Assembly: GCF_000011125.1 (NCBI RefSeq)
Contig: NC_000854.2
Location: 630,001 to 662,000 of the forward strand
Reading direction: 5' to 3'
Length of the DNA stretch: 32,000 nucleotides
Source: Aeropyrum pernix K1
GTDB taxonomy: Archaea > Thermoproteota > Thermoprotei_A > Sulfolobales > Acidilobaceae
The notes under the pieces are model-generated. The model searched no databases and was not told the origin of the DNA. It worked only from the letters and a program-made list of their open reading frames with translations. Positions within the stretch are counted from its first letter, which is position 1; each line of letters begins with the position of its first letter. Below, piece by piece: positions 9,431-20,564 of this stretch. The position numbers were made by a program, and so were the translations under genes.

Positions 9431-9590
9431 AAATGTAGTGTCCTGCTAGAAATGTTTGAACTGAGACCCTCTTTTAATATGATTGCATGTGGTGTGTACG
9501 GGTAGCTCGTCCGGTTCTTTCAATTTCCTACATAAAAGTTTTATACGTTTAAACTATGACAAATTCTGTCGAGGGTCAGCAGGGTTGAAA

Positions 9591-10484
9591 ATGCTAACCA
9601 GCCTCCAGAGGGAGGTCCTGGAGACTCTTGTGTCGCTCTACGAGAGGCACAAGAGGATGATTAAGAGTAAGGAGGTTGCGGAGGCCCTAGGGAAGGATGA
9701 GGGGACGGTTAGGAACGTTATAATGTGGCTCAAGAGTCTTGGGCTGGTGGAGAGTCGAACGGGCCCGGCGGGGGGCTACATGCCCACGTTGAAGGCCTAC
9801 GAGGTCATAGGCGTTCAGACACCCACCCTCAGCCACGTAACCTACGGTCAGGTCATAGTTGAGAAGGATGGAAACCAGTACCGCTACGCAGCCCTCGACA
9901 TGGAGATAATGGGGATATTCGGGAGTGACACTATGAAGGCTGTTGTCACGGTTTCAGGCAACATAGCTCCCATAGAGAAGGGTGATCTGGTTAGGGTTGA
10001 GAGCGTGCCTGTAAGGAAGTTCGCCCTCGAGGGGAGGGTTGAGAAGGTTAGCAGGGAGGCCAGGCAGCTCATGATAGTTATATCGAAGATGACTGTAATA
10101 CCGAACATCAAGGTGAACAGCCTTATATCGAGGAAGCTGCTCACGGTGAGGCACGACATGACAGTCAGGGAGGTGGCCAAGTTCCTCTACAGCCACGGAA
10201 TCAGGGGGGCTCCTATAGTTGATGACAAGAACAACATCATAGGCTTCATAACAACCACAGACATATCAATGCTTATAGCCCGGGGCGAGGACCTCGACGC
10301 AACCGTTGACAAGTACATGAGGAAGACCGTGTTCACCATAAACGAGGACGAGAGCATATACGAGGCCATGAGGTACATGGACTTCAACGGCGTGGGAAGG
10401 CTGGTCGTTATAGACTACGCTGGCAGGCCTCTGGGCATAATAACCAGGACCGATATACTGAAGGCTCTGATAGCTGTGAAATAG
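9591..10484 (+). CDS. winged-helix transcriptional regulator with tandem CBS domains
   Basis: ATG-initiated MLTSLQREVLETLVSL...VAEALGKDEGTVRNVIMWLKSLGLVES plus two CBS motifs (REVAKFLYSHGIRGAPIVDDKNNIIGFITTTDI; MDFNGVGRLVVIDYAGRPLGIITRTDIL). TATA-like ttttata lies between the track start (9483) and this ATG. Confidence 0.9.
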   Translation: MLTSLQREVLETLVSLYERHKRMIKSKEVAEALGKDEGTVRNVIMWLKSLGLVESRTGPAGGYMPTLKAYEVIGVQTPTLSHVTYGQVIVEKDGNQYRYAALDMEIMGIFGSDTMKAVVTVSGNIAPIEKGDLVRVESVPVRKFALEGRVEKVSREARQLMIVISKMTVIPNIKVNSLISRKLLTVRHDMTVREVAKFLYSHGIRGAPIVDDKNNIIGFITTTDISMLIARGEDLDATVDKYMRKTVFTINEDESIYEAMRYMDFNGVGRLVVIDYAGRPLGIITRTDILKALIAVK

Positions 10485-10592
10485 ACTTGGTTACACCGTA
10501 GGCCGCGGCAGCCATGGTGTCCTGCACGCCTTAGACCAGCCCATATTCTCCGCGACGAATATACTGCTGCTCGAGGCCCCGGTTGCTCCCCC

Positions 10593-11381
10593 CTACTTCT
10601 CCTGGGGCTGTATCCTCCTCTCCTCTCTCCTCTTACCCTTTCTACCCTTCGACTTGGGTAGTATGGAGTCTAGTGCCCTGTTGTTTAGCTTGAACACGTC
10701 TTCGGCTATGACCCTTATGTACGTGTCGTCAGGCAGCACCTTCCTCCCCAGCCACGAGAACTCTAGTGCTAGAGCCTGTTTAGTAGCCTCTTTTGTCAGC
10801 CTATCCCTAACCTCCCCCTTCTGTATGTCATCCGCTATCTTGAAGGCTATGTAGAATCGAGCGTACTTTGACGCCATCTCCTTGTACTCGGGGAAAGCTT
10901 CCGAGAGCCTTTTGAGGAGGTTCTTGAGAGAGTCTTGGCTTGAGAAGCCGAAGTAGACTTCCGCCAGCTTGAGCCTGAGCATCCTAGCTATAGTGTTTTC
11001 ATCGAAGCTGCCTCCTAGAAGCGTTTCAACCTTCATCCTCGCGGTTGAAGGTTTCTCGGTCAAAAGTATCTTTATAGCCTCCTCGTATCTTATCTCGTCG
11101 TGGAACACCTTGTCGAAGAGCTCGGGATAGTCGCTCTCCAGGCCCATGCCGTACTTGCCCACCACGTAAAGGCTCGCCAGCTCCTTCTCAAAAAGGTCGG
11201 GGGGGTTGGCGGCCCCCTTCAGGGGTTTGATCCTCTCCCTCCCGTAGACCTCCTTGAGGATCTCTATAGCCCTCTCCCGCGTCAAACCCCCTTTCTCCCA
11301 CTCCTGGAGCATCCTCTCCCAAACGTCCATTAGTATTGAGATCCTCCTCCTAATGCTGACACCCCTAGGCCTATCTTCCAC
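10593..11381 (-). CDS. conserved crenarchaeal protein, probably DUF2192 family
   Basis: 262-aa charged helical ORF; family assignment from recognised sequence style only. Confidence 0.6.
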   Translation of the reverse strand: MEDRPRGVSIRRRISILMDVWERMLQEWEKGGLTRERAIEILKEVYGRERIKPLKGAANPPDLFEKELASLYVVGKYGMGLESDYPELFDKVFHDEIRYEEAIKILLTEKPSTARMKVETLLGGSFDENTIARMLRLKLAEVYFGFSSQDSLKNLLKRLSEAFPEYKEMASKYARFYIAFKIADDIQKGEVRDRLTKEATKQALALEFSWLGRKVLPDDTYIRVIAEDVFKLNNRALDSILPKSKGRKGKRREERRIQPQEK

Positions 11382-11520
11382 GCCTGACCACCACAGCCTC
11401 CGGCCTTATAGCAAATACACACGCCACGCAGCCTGTTAGCCGTCTCCACCACTCTAACCGGGTGTGCTACCGTAGCTTTAAAACTGAAATCCCTCTAGAA
11501 CACTCTCCGGGTGTGCTGTT

Positions 11521-11709
11521 GTGCGGCCTAACTGGCCTCCTGTGAAGCCTGGTGTTAGGGTCGAGCGTCTGGAGCGCGGCCTGGAGGCGGGGTGCTCGGA
11601 GGAGACGCTCTACAGGGTCAGCATTGAAGGGCTTGAGAGCATTTTGAGGAGGTGTGGATGGGTCGAGAGGGGCTGTGTGTTCGAGGTAGTGTGGGAGGAG
11701 TGGGTTTAG
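11521..11709 (+). CDS. possible small protein (62 aa)
   Basis: GTG-start ORF convergent with rpl14e, GGGTG upstream; no recognised domain. Confidence 0.3.
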   Translation: MRPNWPPVKPGVRVERLERGLEAGCSEETLYRVSIEGLESILRRCGWVERGCVFEVVWEEWV

Positions 11710-12008
11710 AGTGTGAAGGGCGTTATCCTGGCTATTCTGACCGGCTCTCTCATAAAGTCCGCTAGCCCCGCTTCCTCGAGGGCTTTGAGGACCTCCTCGT
11801 CGCTGGCGCCCTTCTGTATGTCAACCTTCTTGTCCAGTATCTCTATGTGGTCTATGTTAACCCTCCTCCTCCTAACCCCCGTGAGGCTCTTAGGCCCGGT
11901 GACGAGGACGAAGTTCTCGTCTATAATATCCACTATAACGCACTTCCTGCCGGCCTCCCTACCCCTGGTCTTGACGCATATCCTGCCAACCTCAACAACC
12001 TTAGCCAT
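11706..12008 (-). CDS. rpl14e: 50S ribosomal protein L14e
   Basis: [56 protein letters not shown]. Confidence 0.95.
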   Translation of the reverse strand: MAKVVEVGRICVKTRGREAGRKCVIVDIIDENFVLVTGPKSLTGVRRRRVNIDHIEILDKKVDIQKGASDEEVLKALEEAGLADFMREPVRIARITPFTL

Positions 12009-12058
12009 CCCATCCACCCACATTCGCCTAGGGCCGTGCCAGGGATATTAAGAGTTTT

Positions 12059-12628
12059 TCAGAGGCCCCTCCTCCTAGCCCCCTCGAGGATGAGCCTGTA
12101 GGTATCCTCGACGCTGTACATGCTCGTGTCGACCGTCAGGTGGAATATGGTGGTGTCTGAGACGTCTATGCCGTAGTACCTCTTGAACCTCAGCCTCTGG
12201 CTCCACTCCCTCTCCACAGTCTCGGCAAGCGCCCTCCTGAGGGGGACGCCGTCGCGCCTTGCTATGCGCCTAACCCTAACCCACACCGGCGCCTTCACCA
12301 GGACGAGATACTGCGCTTTGTCCCTGAGGAGCCAGGCGGCGAGGTGGCTGTCTATAACCACGCCGCCCCGGGACGCCACATCCAGGGTCCTCCTATCTAT
12401 CTCCAGATCTATCCTCGGATCCTCCTCAGCGAGCCTACTCATCTCCGCCAGGCTCAGCCCCCTCTCCCTGGCTATAGAGCGGAATATGGTGCCTGTACTG
12501 TAGTATGAGAGGCCCAGGTCCTCGGCCAGCCTCTTAGCGTAGGTTGATTTGCCCGAGCCCGGGGGCCCCGAGATCACGACGACCCTGCTATCGCCTCGAA
12601 AATCATCTCCGCCAGGCATGTGCTGCAA
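12059..12628 (-). CDS. cmk: cytidylate kinase
   Basis: [41 protein letters not shown]; syntenic with rpl14e and rpl34e. Confidence 0.9.
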   Translation of the reverse strand: MQHMPGGDDFRGDSRVVVISGPPGSGKSTYAKRLAEDLGLSYYSTGTIFRSIARERGLSLAEMSRLAEEDPRIDLEIDRRTLDVASRGGVVIDSHLAAWLLRDKAQYLVLVKAPVWVRVRRIARRDGVPLRRALAETVEREWSQRLRFKRYYGIDVSDTTIFHLTVDTSMYSVEDTYRLILEGARRRGL

Positions 12629-12861
12629 AGCACCCCGCCGTAGGGCCTCTCCGGCCTTTTGGCAGTCTTGCTCAGCCTCCTAACCCTGGGGGGCCTGCCG
12701 CGCGGCACCCCGCCCAGGGGCCTACCGCACCTAGCGCACCTGGCAGGCCCGGGCTTCCGCCTCTCGTAGTGCACCACGGTAGACCCTCCCGGGGTCCTGC
12801 GGTAAACCCTCCTAAGGCTCCTGCTCCTGAGGCCAGGCCTGACCACTACGCAGCACCCCAC
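12574..12861 (-). CDS. rpl34e: 50S ribosomal protein L34e
   Basis: [50 protein letters not shown]; true start may be a few codons downstream. Confidence 0.93.
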   Translation of the reverse strand: MGCCVVVRPGLRSRSLRRVYRRTPGGSTVVHYERRKPGPARCARCGRPLGGVPRGRPPRVRRLSKTAKRPERPYGGVLCSTCLAEMIFEAIAGSS

Positions 12862-12888
12862 GATACCGCTCCTATTGGCCGGAGGCTA

Positions 12889-14226
12889 TTAATGGATGGC
12901 CTCGGCCCTATAGGGGAGTAGAAGCGCCGCCGCGAGCAGGGCTTCGAGGCTGCTGGAGGAGAGCAGGAGGGGCGCTGGAGCCCCGCAGTCCAGCCTGGAG
13001 GGGCCTAGGGGTATGGAGAGGCTGTAGAGGTCGAGCGTGTTGGCTAGGGATGTGAATACTATGGCCCTCCTGGTGTAGGCTAGCCTGCCAGCCTCCTCAA
13101 CAGGGATGCAGCCCCCTGTGGCCACTGCGGGGGTGGCCAGCACTGTAGAGCCGGGTATTTGGGTGGAGGTCCTCACCCTCTCTAGAACCCTCGCCGCCTC
13201 CCCCCTCCAGGGCCTCAGCATACCCCCCAGCCTGAGGAGGCCTTTAAGCCTCTCGGGAAGCCTGGAAACACACTCCTCCCTACAGAACTTTCCAGCCCAG
13301 TCGGCGGCCTCCGCCAGCGTCACGACAGCCCTAGGAGGCTCTAGGGTCTTGTAGAGGCTGTGGAGCTTCACACCGGCTATTAGGAACGCCCCCGACGACC
13401 TGGCGGCCTCCACCTGCTCCTCAAATGCGGAGCAGGCTCCAGGGTCCAGGGCTTCCCTGCAGAGGAGCCCCAGGTCCTCGGGGGTTAGTAGGGTTATCCG
13501 AGCCAAGCCCTCTGCCGCAGCCCCGGCCGCCAGAGCGGCTCTCTCCCCGACGCCCCGGTAGCCTAGAGCCTCGAGACCCCTCACCAGTGTGGTCATGCTC
13601 AGGGATAGCAGGCCGGGGGCCTCCACGCTTGGGGCCATTCCACGGTAGCCCCTGTAGTCTATCCTCCTGAGCTTGAGGCCAAGAACCCCTGTGTAGCCCG
13701 CTGGTATCCTGGCTGACCCGCCGGCGTCGCTGGCTAGGGCGAGAAGGCCGGGTGCTAGTAGTGCTGAGGCCGCGGCGCCCCCTGAGCTCCCCCCCGTGGT
13801 GTAGCGGGGGTTGCGGGGGTTGAGGACGTCTCCGAGGACGGGGTTGAACCCGGAGGTGCCGAGGGCGAGAATGTCCATCGATGTCCTGGCGTAGGGCTCG
13901 AACCCTCCTGTGGTAAGTGCTTTGAGGACCTGGGGCTCGCCTCCCGTGTCTAGCGGCAGCCCTGTCCCCCAGCCAGCAGGCTCCCCGGGCAGTGGGTAGG
14001 TGTCTTTGTAGCTCAGCAGCCCCTCTGGACTACGGTCCTCAAGCCCGCTCCTGCAGGTTATGGAGGCGTTCAGCCTCTCCAGCCGGCGGCACACTCCAGA
14101 GGCTCCGCCGCCGGGCTCCCTGGCCCTGAGGAGCTTGAGGCCGTTCTCTAGGGCTGAGTCCAGGAGTTTGGAGGAGGACCTCACACCATCCCCCAGAGAT
14201 GCCGCAGCAGATTCTAGACTCCCCAC
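12889..14226 (-). CDS. amidase signature family protein (GatA-like)
   Basis: SYKDTYPLPGEPAGWGT, YTTGGSSGGAAASA and SDAGGSARIPAGYTGVLGLK preserve the Lys-Ser-Ser amidase signature. Confidence 0.85.
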   Translation of the reverse strand: MGSLESAAASLGDGVRSSSKLLDSALENGLKLLRAREPGGGASGVCRRLERLNASITCRSGLEDRSPEGLLSYKDTYPLPGEPAGWGTGLPLDTGGEPQVLKALTTGGFEPYARTSMDILALGTSGFNPVLGDVLNPRNPRYTTGGSSGGAAASALLAPGLLALASDAGGSARIPAGYTGVLGLKLRRIDYRGYRGMAPSVEAPGLLSLSMTTLVRGLEALGYRGVGERAALAAGAAAEGLARITLLTPEDLGLLCREALDPGACSAFEEQVEAARSSGAFLIAGVKLHSLYKTLEPPRAVVTLAEAADWAGKFCREECVSRLPERLKGLLRLGGMLRPWRGEAARVLERVRTSTQIPGSTVLATPAVATGGCIPVEEAGRLAYTRRAIVFTSLANTLDLYSLSIPLGPSRLDCGAPAPLLLSSSSLEALLAAALLLPYRAEAIH

Positions 14227-14278
14227 GCCTGGCTACCAGAAATGTGGTTTAGCCGGGCCGCAGGTTTAACCGCCGCGT

Positions 14279-14707
14279 CTACACCATCTCATCCCTGTAG
14301 AGGAGGGCTGCGTAGAGGAAGGAGAAGAAGTGGGCGAAGAGCGAGCTGAGGACGGGGCCCTCGGGGGTGTCGAGGGTGATTAGGGGCAGTTTATAGGGGG
14401 AGGGTATTGCGGGGACGAGGGTGAGGGCGACTACTCCGAGAACCGTGTAGACGGCCATTAGGAGCCCGATCTTCACTATTATACTTTTAAATATGATGCT
14501 TCGAGCCCTCTTAGCCTCGGGGGCCGCTTCCCTCAGCTTCTTAGCAGCCCTCCTACTCCTGGCCGCCTCCCTCTCAAGCCCCCTATACCTCCTCGAAACT
14601 TCCATAGCCCACAGCACGGCCTCGCGGGGGACGAGCCTGTTGTACACAACCTTAGCCAGATACACGGAGAGAAACCCGGTTGCAACAGGAATCAGGTAAA
14701 CAACCAT
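14279..14707 (-). CDS. DUF106/EMC3-like membrane protein (Oxa1 superfamily-related)
   Basis: 142 aa, N-terminal TM, basic/charged segment, two TM segments; sits beside adkA-secY as in many archaea. Confidence 0.8.
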   Translation of the reverse strand: MVVYLIPVATGFLSVYLAKVVYNRLVPREAVLWAMEVSRRYRGLEREAARSRRAAKKLREAAPEAKRARSIIFKSIIVKIGLLMAVYTVLGVVALTLVPAIPSPYKLPLITLDTPEGPVLSSLFAHFFSFLYAALLYRDEMV

Positions 14708-14737
14708 AACAGCCCCTCCCCGCGCTAGGTAGGAGGT

Positions 14738-16722
<1,985 letters not shown>

Positions 16723-16980
16723 GTGGATGCACCCGCCTAGTTGGAACCAGGATATTCCCGGGAAACCCGTGTTAGAGTCGGAGGTTAAAAACTGAGTGTC
16801 CCCCCGCTGGCAGAGGGGCACCCTCTGTATCATACGGCCCGGGTGACCGGTATTACGAGCATTGGATGAGGCTTTTAATTCTTATGGAGAGGAAAGCTAG
16901 TATATGGTGTCAAAACGTTTTGAATACCAGGTTTATGGCGGGGGCCTTAGTGCCGCCCTTCTTCCAAGCTATACTCCTCC

Positions 16981-17009
16981 AAAAATACCCAAAATAGATA
17001 AGTATTTTT
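16981..17009. repeat. 8-bp inverted repeat AAAAATAC-N13-GTATTTTT upstream of TATA box
   Basis: perfect arms at 16981-16988 and 17002-17009; ttataaa at about 17021-17027. Confidence 0.6.
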
Positions 17010-17068
17010 GTATGGTACTCTTATAAATGAAACATCGCTTCCGGGCGTACATTATTTGGGGTCATCTT

Positions 17069-18070
17069 ATGAGCCAAGAGGCTCTGGGTGTTAGATACGG
17101 CGAGGGCCTTAATAAGAGGCTGGAAGTATCGATTATGATATTCAACCTTATAATCAAGGACTCGATAAGGAAGCAGGCTGAGGAGGGTAAGAGTCTGAAG
17201 GAGATAGCCGACACCCTCTCCTACCTTGACGTGGCTGACAGGGGCTTCGTGATGATGGTTTCCGAGCTGGGCGGCGTGTACCTGTCTTCCGCGCCCCTCA
17301 TGAACACTAATATACTCTACCTCTCAGTAGCCAGCAGGGTGCTAGAGAAGAGTGTGGAGGAGGGTGTAGACCTAGAGCGGGTGTATGAGAGGCTTGATAA
17401 GGCCTCGAAGGTTCTCGCCAGTACTCTGGCTAGGCTAGTGGAGAAGGGGTTTAGGCAGAGCGTCTCCACACTGGCTAAGGAGGCTCAAGGCCGAAGGCTC
17501 TACATATATGGCAGCGAGTTTTTCTCGAGAGTGGCCTACCAGGAGGCGTCCTCGCAGGGTGCTGACGCGGTGCTGATAGCAGCCTCCCCCTGGGACGCCC
17601 TCATATCCAGGCTGGCGGAGGAGCTCGAGGCCCCCCTAGTTTATTACCCGAACGTAAACCTCGAGTTCGCCACATCGGGGGGCAGAGGGTTCTATGTCGC
17701 TGTCGAGGTAGAGTCTATACTCGAGGACAGCCTTCTCGCCCTCGCGGGGACGCGGGCTATAGCCTCTCTTGCTAGGATGTGGGGCGGCACTACGGGGGCG
17801 GTCTCCACACCCCTGGGCCCCAGCCTCTGGACGCCCGAGTTCATGAGGAGCCTACGCGCCGGTGAGATAGTACCCTCCTACATCATGGTGACGGAGTGGG
17901 GAGAGTCCCTGACGTTCAAGGCCTTAGACCCTATACCTAGGAGCGGGGTAGACGCGTTGTACGTGGGGGAGAGAAAGTTCCCGCGGGATACCGACAATAT
18001 AACCCTCTCCTCCGAGTCCTCGAGACTCGTTAGAGAGGCTCTGGAGGAGGTTCAAATCGAGATCGGCTAG
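17069..18070 (+). CDS. uncharacterised archaeal protein (334 aa)
   Basis: long ORF; ATG at 17069 chosen because the TATA-like ttataaa abuts the track start (17027) and ggggt precedes 17069. Confidence 0.7.
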   Translation: MSQEALGVRYGEGLNKRLEVSIMIFNLIIKDSIRKQAEEGKSLKEIADTLSYLDVADRGFVMMVSELGGVYLSSAPLMNTNILYLSVASRVLEKSVEEGVDLERVYERLDKASKVLASTLARLVEKGFRQSVSTLAKEAQGRRLYIYGSEFFSRVAYQEASSQGADAVLIAASPWDALISRLAEELEAPLVYYPNVNLEFATSGGRGFYVAVEVESILEDSLLALAGTRAIASLARMWGGTTGAVSTPLGPSLWTPEFMRSLRAGEIVPSYIMVTEWGESLTFKALDPIPRSGVDALYVGERKFPRDTDNITLSSESSRLVREALEEVQIEIG

Positions 18071-18194
18071 CAGCAGCACTTATTCTTAACGCCTAAATAT
18101 TACTCCCCAAGGCCCTAGACTCAGTTATATAGATGGATGGGAGGCTTCGGCCTTCTGGATTGGGACGCGGTGTCCCGGGTAAGGTGTCGGCGGC

Positions 18195-18911
18195 TTGGAG
18201 GGCAGGTATAAGCCTAGTCTAGAGGGTTCCATCGCTAGGGCTGTCGATTCTCTGAGGAACGGCATGCCCGTTATGATCTACGATGGTGACAGGCGTGAGG
18301 GGGAGGTGGACCTAGTCTACTACGCCGGCTCGGTGACCTGGAGGGAGGTCTACACCCTCAGAACCCTGGCTGGGGGGCTGATATGCTTCGTGACCAGCGA
18401 GCGGGTGGGCAGGCTTCTCGGCCTGCCCTTCGCCCAGGAGCTCCTACTCTCCCAGGAAAGCCTCGCCCCCCTGGCCTCCAAGACCCCCGGCTACGGTGAC
18501 CCCCCCGCCTTCTCCATATGGGTCAACCACGTCTCCGTCAAGACGGGGATAAGCGATGAGGACAGGGGGATAACCATTTCTGGGCTCCACAGGGTTGTGG
18601 AGAAGGCGTATAGCGGCTTGGTCGGCGAGGCGCGGAGGATGCTTAGGGAGGAGTTCATGTCGCCCGGCCACGTCCCCATACTCCTGGCCCGGAGCCTAGA
18701 CAGGAGGAGGGGGCACACCGAGCTGACGGTGGCCCTGGGGAGGCTCGCCGGCCTGCCCCCCAGCTTCGTGATAGCCGAGATGCTGGGTGAGAGGTGGAGC
18801 CTGGGCCTTAGGGAGGCTGAGGCTATAGCCAGGGAGAGGAGAATACCCCTGCTGAGAGGCGAGGAGATAGTGGAGGCGTGCAGCCGTGGGGAAGTGTGTA
18901 GGGGTGGCTGA
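18195..18911 (+). CDS. ribB: 3,4-dihydroxy-2-butanone-4-phosphate synthase
   Basis: MIYDGDRREGEVDLVYYA, GGLICFVTSE, SVKTGISDEDRGITI, REEFMSPGHVPILLA, RRGHTELTVALGRLAGLPP. Confidence 0.93.
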   Translation: MEGRYKPSLEGSIARAVDSLRNGMPVMIYDGDRREGEVDLVYYAGSVTWREVYTLRTLAGGLICFVTSERVGRLLGLPFAQELLLSQESLAPLASKTPGYGDPPAFSIWVNHVSVKTGISDEDRGITISGLHRVVEKAYSGLVGEARRMLREEFMSPGHVPILLARSLDRRRGHTELTVALGRLAGLPPSFVIAEMLGERWSLGLREAEAIARERRIPLLRGEEIVEACSRGEVCRGG

Positions 18912-19353
18912 CACCACCTTCGCCAGGGTCGACATGGGGAGTGTTGCGGAGGAGGTCCTGAGGCGGAGGCTCCCCGGCTACAGGATAGTCAGGCACACGG
19001 TGCCGGGGATAAAGGACCTGCCCGGAGCCGCAAAGAGGATCCTGTCTATGGGCTGCGAGGGGGTCATAACCCTGGGCTGGGTGGGGCGTAGGGAGGCGGA
19101 TAAGCTGAGCTACCTGGCGGCCAGCGTGGGGCTCATTATGGTTGAGGTCCTCACAGGCAAGATAGTTATAGACGTGACGGTCCACGAGGACGAGGCCGAG
19201 GCCCCGGAGGAGCTGGCGGCCATAGCTGTTGACAGGGCCAGGAAGCACGCCGAGAACCTTGCAGCCCTTATAAGGGAGGGGCCCGAGGCCCTAGTCAAGC
19301 ACGCTGGCATGGGGCTGAGGCAGGGCTACCCCGACGCCGGCCCCATAAAATAG
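18904..19353 (+). CDS. ribC: archaeal-type riboflavin synthase
   Basis: VADTTFARVDMGSVAEEVLRR..., RHTVPGIKDLPGAAKRI, ITLGWVGRREADKLSY; overlaps ribB stop. Confidence 0.9.
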   Translation: MADTTFARVDMGSVAEEVLRRRLPGYRIVRHTVPGIKDLPGAAKRILSMGCEGVITLGWVGRREADKLSYLAASVGLIMVEVLTGKIVIDVTVHEDEAEAPEELAAIAVDRARKHAENLAALIREGPEALVKHAGMGLRQGYPDAGPIK

Positions 19354-19438
19354 AGGCGCTCCTATATAGCTCCCTGCCCTCCACGTAAATAGTTATAGGG
19401 CATACGGCCCCTGGGAGTTTAGGGGTGCATCATGAGGT

Positions 19439-19712
19439 ATGGCGGAGGAGGCTGTCGACGCTAGGGGCGAGGGAGCTAGGTTCATAGAGAAGGTTAAATC
19501 GATATGCGGCAACACGTCCAGGATACTTTACAAGTACGATGAGCCGACGGACCCTAGATACGGCTACCTACCCCATGAGAGGCCGTTGGACGTGTATCTA
19601 AGGTATGGTATGATAGTTGTGGACAAGCCTCCAGGGCCTACGAGCCATGAGGTGGTGGCGTGGATCAAGAGGATGCTGGGAGTCTCCAGGGCGGGCCACG
19701 GGGGGACCCTAG
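19439..19712 (+). CDS. cbf5: Cbf5/dyskerin-type pseudouridine synthase, exon 1
   Basis: [44 protein letters not shown](D); joins exon 2 to restore [17 protein letters not shown]. Confidence 0.93.
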
Positions 19713-19750
19713 AGCCCCTGCCAGCCCCCAGGGGGCTGCGGGGCGGGGAT
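19713..19750 (+). other. 38-nt archaeal bulge-helix-bulge intron within cbf5
   Basis: Removal restores CTA GAT CCT AAA (LDPK). Exon helix 703-706/752-755; bulge AG^A (711-713); central helix CCCU/GGGG (707-710/745-748); bulge AU^A (749-751); intron helix GCCCC/GGGGC (714-718/740-744). All positions +19000. Confidence 0.93.
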
Positions 19751-20541
19751 ATCCTAAAGTGACTGGAGTGCTCCCCGTGGCCCTGGAGAGGATGACAAGG
19801 ATTATAGGGACGGTTATGCACAGCAGCAAGGAGTACGTTTGCGTGATGCAGCTCCATAGGCCTGTGGAGGAGGATAGGCTGAGGGAGGTCCTCAAGCTGT
19901 TCGAGGGGGAGATATACCAGAAGCCCCCTCTGAGGAGCAGTGTGAAGAGGGCGCTTAGGACGAGGAGGGTATTCAGGATAGAGCTTCTAGAGTACACGGG
20001 GAAGTATGCCCTGCTGAGGGTGGACTGCGAGGCGGGGACCTACATGAGGAAGCTCTGCTGGGACATAGGCTTGGTGCTGGGGGTCGGGGCCCATATGAGG
20101 GAGCTCAGGAGGATAAGGACAGGGCCCTTCAGCGAGGACAGCGGCCTCATGGTGAGGCTGGACGACGTGGCCTACGCGGTCATAAGGTGGCGGGAGGAGG
20201 GTAAGGACGACCTCCTCAGGAGGGTGGTTATACCCGGGGAGTATAGTGTGTGCCACATACCTAAGGTCCTCGTGAGGGACAGCGCGGTGGAGAGCCTGAC
20301 CCACGGAGCCCAGCTGGCGGCGCCGGGTGTGGCTGCGGTGGAGGAGGGGGTGGAGAAGGGGGGTATGGTGGCTTTGATGACGCTCAAGGGGGAGCTCATA
20401 GGGCTGGGTAAGGCACTCGCGAGCGCCCAGGAGATGCTGGAGGCTGAGAGGGGGATAGTGGTGAGCCCCACCAGGATTATAATGGAGAGGGGGCTCTACC
20501 CCAGGATGTGGAAGCGCCAGCAGGCCCCCCAGGGGGCCTAG
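19751..20541 (+). CDS. cbf5: Cbf5/dyskerin-type pseudouridine synthase, exon 2 (TruB plus PUA region)
   Basis: [17 protein letters not shown]...[23 protein letters not shown]...[15 protein letters not shown]; C-terminal PUA-like region. Confidence 0.95.
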
Positions 20542-20564
20542 GCGGCTGGTGTGGGGTGCTCCTG

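Noticed and set aside
18090-18195. FMN riboswitch upstream of ribB
   Set aside because: Conserved FMN element sequence blocks (such as AGGGGCAGGGUG and the ACCGACAG-type end) are absent; only one short hairpin is visible
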